Positions 60,531-64,000 of a stretch of DNA of 64,000 bases are shown in pieces. Made by a program: the position numbers and the translations under genes. Below the pieces are notes generated by a model. It was given only the letters and a program-made list of their open reading frames with translations. It was not told the origin of the DNA and did no database searches. Source of the DNA: Planctomycetota bacterium (lineage in GTDB: Bacteria; Planctomycetota; UBA8108; SXIK01); NCBI GenBank assembly GCA_965223845.1, contig CBDCXR010000004.1, forward strand, positions 2,016,001 to 2,080,000, in the 5' to 3' direction. Within the stretch, counting starts at the first letter, position 1. Each line of letters starts with the position of its first letter.

Positions 60531-63284
60531 ATGACGGGTAGGAATCTAGCGGTTTTGGCGACAGTGGTGTTCTTCGGCGCGGCCACGCCGACCCATGCGT
60601 TCGAAGTCCTCGGCGTCGGAACGGAGTCCCTTCTCGGCGACGACCTCACGGACATAGACAACGACGGGGACCAACTGCTCTACGCCGCGCCGGACGAGCT
60701 CGGATTCTTCGACGCCGAGTTCTTCTCGAGCGACGAGCCGGGCTTCGAGGGGGGTGAGTTCGCGTTCAACGTCTTCGACAACATTCTCGGGCCGGGGAAC
60801 GACAAGTGGTGTTGTGGAACCTCGTTCCCGCAGATCGTCGGCGCCGATTTCCGCAACACGCACGACGCGTCGTTTCTCCTCACTCACTTCACCGTTTCGT
60901 CGGCGAACGACGTTCCGGAACGCGACCCGCGCGTCTGGACGATCGAAGGATCGAACGACGGCGAATGCTGGGAGACAATCTTCATCCAGAGCGATCCCGC
61001 CGCGAGCCTGTGGACCGAACGCCTTCAAGTCATCGAGTTTCGCGAAGGCGAGGATTACGACGAGCAGGAACGCGCGTACTCCATGTTCCGCATGGTGACG
61101 CTCGCGACGGGGCTCGCGGGCGGTGCGTTCTTTCAAATCGGCGAAATCGAGTTCTTCGGGGAAGAAGATGATCCGCCGGCCGACTGCATCGGAGCGCAGT
61201 GCACGGATTCGGTCGAAAACGTCACTTGCGCGTTCGGCCCGGTGGGGGACGGTGAAGGGATCACGGTGTCCTGGGACGAGACCTGCGAGTGCGAGGATCC
61301 GACGCTTCTCCTCATCGACGGCGCAGAGGTCGCATCGGTCGAGCCGGGGACGACGACCGCGGAGATCCCCGCCACGGAGTTCCCCGACGGAGTTTTCTCC
61401 GTAGAGGTGCGGAACTGTAGCGGATTCGGTACGACCTGTAGCGGCTTTAAGACGACGTCAACCGGGTACATCGTCGGGAACTCTTGGCTAGCTCTCGGTC
61501 CCTTCGCTACGCCCGTCGCCTGTGACGGTGACGAAACCCAGCTTCTCACGAACCATATCGGACCGGACGAGACGCTTCAGTGTCAGTTCCCGGCCGACGG
61601 CGACCCCGTCGAGGGGTATGAGCCGGGTGATCCACTCTTTCCGGATCCCGATCTCGCGTCGACGTTCGGCTACCACCCCGACGCCCCGACAGACGATGAC
61701 GGGAACCCGATTTGGCGGCCCTACCAGGACGCGACGCCGACCGACGCCGACCTCGACTTCGATTCGGACATCGCCGGCAATCTGAACGAGCACGTTCTCT
61801 TCATCGCGACGTGGGTCGAGAACACGAGCGACGAACCTATCGAGATCTCCGCTTGCTTCGGAAGCGACGACGATCCCCAGGCTTGGCTCGACGACCAGCT
61901 CATCTGGAGCACCCCGGCGTGTCGCGGTCGCGGGGACTGCAACGACCAGGTGTTCTTCACTCTCCCGCCCGGGGTCCACGTGATCAAGCTGGGCGCCTGG
62001 GAACAGGGCGGCGGCTGGGGTGTCCGCTTCAGCCTTCGCGATGCGGCGACGCTCGAGCCGATCGTGGACCTCGCGGACGGCCTCGTCGCTCTTCCGATCG
62101 GGGCCTCGCCGTTCAGCGAAGACATCATCTTCCACGGCCGAACCCGTCCCGAAGGATTCGAGGAGCCGGAGTGCGGTGATGGCTGCTCAACGGTCACCGA
62201 TCTCACCTGTGAGCGCGACGACGACGGCTCGGTCGAGCTCGTCTGGACGAATCCCGACGGTTGCGACAGCGAGATCCGCATCCTCGCGGGGAACGAGGAG
62301 CTCGCCGTCCTTCCCGCGGGATCGGATACGTTCGCGATCGACGGCGGCGACCTCGAGTCCGTCTCGACCCTTTCCGTCGACAACGGGTCGCTGGCGCCCG
62401 CGAGCTGCTCGCTCATCGAGTTCAGCGATCTCCTTCTCGGAAACGATCTCACCGATCTCGACGACGACGGCGACCCGATCCTCTACGCACCTCCGGACGA
62501 TTTCGGCCTCTTCGACGCAGAGTTCTTCTCGAGCGACGAACCGGGATTCGAAGGCGGCGAGTTCGCGTTCAACGTCTTCGACAACGTCGTCGGCGGTGGG
62601 AACGAGAAGTGGTGCTGCGGTACGGTTTTCCCGCAGATCGTCGGCGCGGATTTCTCCGAGTTCGATGGCCCGTTCCGGCTGACTCACTTCACGGTCGCTT
62701 CGGCCAATGATACGCCCGCGCGTGATCCACGCGTCTGGCGCATCGAGGGCTCGAATGACGGCGAAGAGTGGACGACGATCTATTCGCAGGACGATCCCAC
62801 GAGCGCGGTGTGGACCGCGCGCAATCAAGTCGCTGTCTTCCGCGGCGGTCGTGACTTCCCCGAGCAAACCGAAGCCTTCATGATGTTCCGAATGATCACG
62901 GAAGCGACGGGGCTCACGGCGGGAGCGTTTTTCCAAATCTCCGAGATCGAGCTCTTCGGCGATGAGGGCGGAGGCCCGGTGGGCGCATTGCTCCTACCCG
63001 GGGACGTCAACCTCGACCGAGGTTTCAACATCGCCGACATGATCGCACTCCTCAATTTCCTCTTCGGCGACGGAACCCTCGACGCGTGCCTCGCGGCTCC
63101 GGATGTCGAGCCCGCGGAGTACACGGCAGCGGGATTCGCCGTGATCGACTTCAACGGGGACGGCGGCGTGAACATCGCGGACGCGATCGGAGGGCTGAAT
63201 CGGCTCTTCGGAGACGGCGGGCCGCACGTGCTCGGACTCGAGTGCATCCGTCGCCCGGGGACGTGCGTTAACGCGTGTCCGTAA
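60531..63284 (+). CDS. Secreted protein with duplicated discoidin/F5-8C-like domains, a PA14-like middle region and a dockerin-like tail
   Basis: GGAGG SD; signal peptide (…THA/FE); two near-identical 'SANDxPxRDPRVW.IEGSNDG..W...FQI.EIE' domains; 'FGSDD...W.D'; tail 'PGDVNLDRGFNIADMIALLNFLF...DFNGDGGVNIADAI'. Confidence 0.82.
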   Translation: MTGRNLAVLATVVFFGAATPTHAFEVLGVGTESLLGDDLTDIDNDGDQLLYAAPDELGFFDAEFFSSDEPGFEGGEFAFNVFDNILGPGNDKWCCGTSFPQIVGADFRNTHDASFLLTHFTVSSANDVPERDPRVWTIEGSNDGECWETIFIQSDPAASLWTERLQVIEFREGEDYDEQERAYSMFRMVTLATGLAGGAFFQIGEIEFFGEEDDPPADCIGAQCTDSVENVTCAFGPVGDGEGITVSWDETCECEDPTLLLIDGAEVASVEPGTTTAEIPATEFPDGVFSVEVRNCSGFGTTCSGFKTTSTGYIVGNSWLALGPFATPVACDGDETQLLTNHIGPDETLQCQFPADGDPVEGYEPGDPLFPDPDLASTFGYHPDAPTDDDGNPIWRPYQDATPTDADLDFDSDIAGNLNEHVLFIATWVENTSDEPIEISACFGSDDDPQAWLDDQLIWSTPACRGRGDCNDQVFFTLPPGVHVIKLGAWEQGGGWGVRFSLRDAATLEPIVDLADGLVALPIGASPFSEDIIFHGRTRPEGFEEPECGDGCSTVTDLTCERDDDGSVELVWTNPDGCDSEIRILAGNEELAVLPAGSDTFAIDGGDLESVSTLSVDNGSLAPASCSLIEFSDLLLGNDLTDLDDDGDPILYAPPDDFGLFDAEFFSSDEPGFEGGEFAFNVFDNVVGGGNEKWCCGTVFPQIVGADFSEFDGPFRLTHFTVASANDTPARDPRVWRIEGSNDGEEWTTIYSQDDPTSAVWTARNQVAVFRGGRDFPEQTEAFMMFRMITEATGLTAGAFFQISEIELFGDEGGGPVGALLLPGDVNLDRGFNIADMIALLNFLFGDGTLDACLAAPDVEPAEYTAAGFAVIDFNGDGGVNIADAIGGLNRLFGDGGPHVLGLECIRRPGTCVNACP

Positions 63285-63322
63285 GCGACCCGAGTCGGCG
63301 CGCCTAGCGCGACGATCATCGT

Positions 63323-63365
63323 AAGCGAGCCGCTCTTCGAGCGAGGAGCGGCTCGCTTCTTGTTG
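63323..63365 (+). terminator. Probable intrinsic terminator
   Basis: AAGCGAGCCGCTCTTCG/CGAGGAGCGGCTCGCTT hairpin followed by CTTGTT. Confidence 0.6.
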
Positions 63366-63672
63366 TCACCAGTGGGTGATCCGTGCAAGCGAACGCGAAA
63401 CACGCGGCCGGACGGGGAACTCGCCCATCGGGAGATGGATCGGATCATGCGGCGGTGCATCGTCTCGTCCACCATTCCGCGCAGAATCTTGGCCGGCGAG
63501 GTCTCTCGGCCCTACACTCTGGAGTCGGGTTCGAAGGCGGAACGAGGCAACTCGGTCGGCATCGTCAGGCGAGCCGCGCCGTCATGCCGCCGATTCGAAT
63601 CCCTTGGACAGACGGGCCAAGTGCCGCACGGGAACGTGCGGCAAGCTTCCTCCACAAGATTCGAGACGAGCG

Positions 63673-64000
63673 ATGACGTTGTCGATACCTCGCGGGAAAA
63701 CGGTGCTTTTGCTCGCCCTAGCGGTCGTCCTCACTCGCGCCGGCGGCACCCTCGCGCAAGGGAATCGGGGAACGAAAAAGACTGCGTCGAAACCCGACGA
63801 CGTGAGCGAGCTCCTCGAGACGGTTCGCGAACGCTTCGACGTACCCGCCCTCGGCGGGGCGATCCTCGAGGGAGGGAAACTCGTCGCCGTCGGCGCAACG
63901 GGGCTCAGGAAATCTAGCGCCAAAGGAACGGTCACCGCGGCGGACCGGTGGCACATCGGCTCGTGCGGCAAGGCGATGTCCGCGACGCTCATCGCGTGTC
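63673..64000 (+). CDS. Serine hydrolase (beta-lactamase/AmpC-like family), 5' part
   Basis: Not in the ORF track. Manual translation: MTLSIPRGKTVLLLALAVVL... 'FDVPALGGAIL..GKLVAVGATGLRK....VTAADRWHIGSCGKAM', containing the SxxK motif. Confidence 0.85.
   Translation, partial: MTLSIPRGKTVLLLALAVVLTRAGGTLAQGNRGTKKTASKPDDVSELLETVRERFDVPALGGAILEGGKLVAVGATGLRKSSAKGTVTAADRWHIGSCGKAMSATLIAC

Noticed and set aside
50040-64000. Genomic island integrated at tRNA-Ala
   Set aside because: No integrase, no duplicated tRNA 3' end seen by eye, and the downstream genes resemble the rest of the window.

Overview
High-GC bacterial chromosome window, most likely from a Planctomycetota-type organism (inferred from the many large secreted proteins with 'F(R/I)RGD(A/V/C)NxDG' dockerin-like tails, the ASPIC/UnbV and TPR operons, and the CotH/lamin-tail and HEAT-VWA proteins). 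It holds about 40 genes: leuCD, a TruC-like pseudouridine synthase, a PIG-L deacetylase, an MFS transporter, an ECF sigma/ZAS anti-sigma/DUF3106-like trio, tRNA-Ala(CGC), an ExbB/TolQ fragment, a serine hydrolase fragment, and many envelope or secreted proteins. I saw no CRISPR array, integrase or transposase. Most notable: (1) a membrane-anchored FG-GAP/ASPIC-UnbV/thioredoxin gene interrupted by one in-frame UGA (53245-53247) and followed by a bacterial-SECIS-like hairpin, which makes it a candidate new selenoprotein; (2) seven dockerin-bearing secreted proteins, two of which also carry cohesin-like domains, suggesting a non-cellulosomal surface assembly system; (3) a candidate minus-strand sRNA with anti-Shine-Dalgarno motifs; (4) a Cys-rich leader ORF upstream of a His/Met-rich outer-membrane transporter; (5) an extremely Lys-rich histone-H1-like protein; (6) a frameshift splitting a dockerin-bearing gene. 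All family calls come from motif recognition by eye, not database searches.
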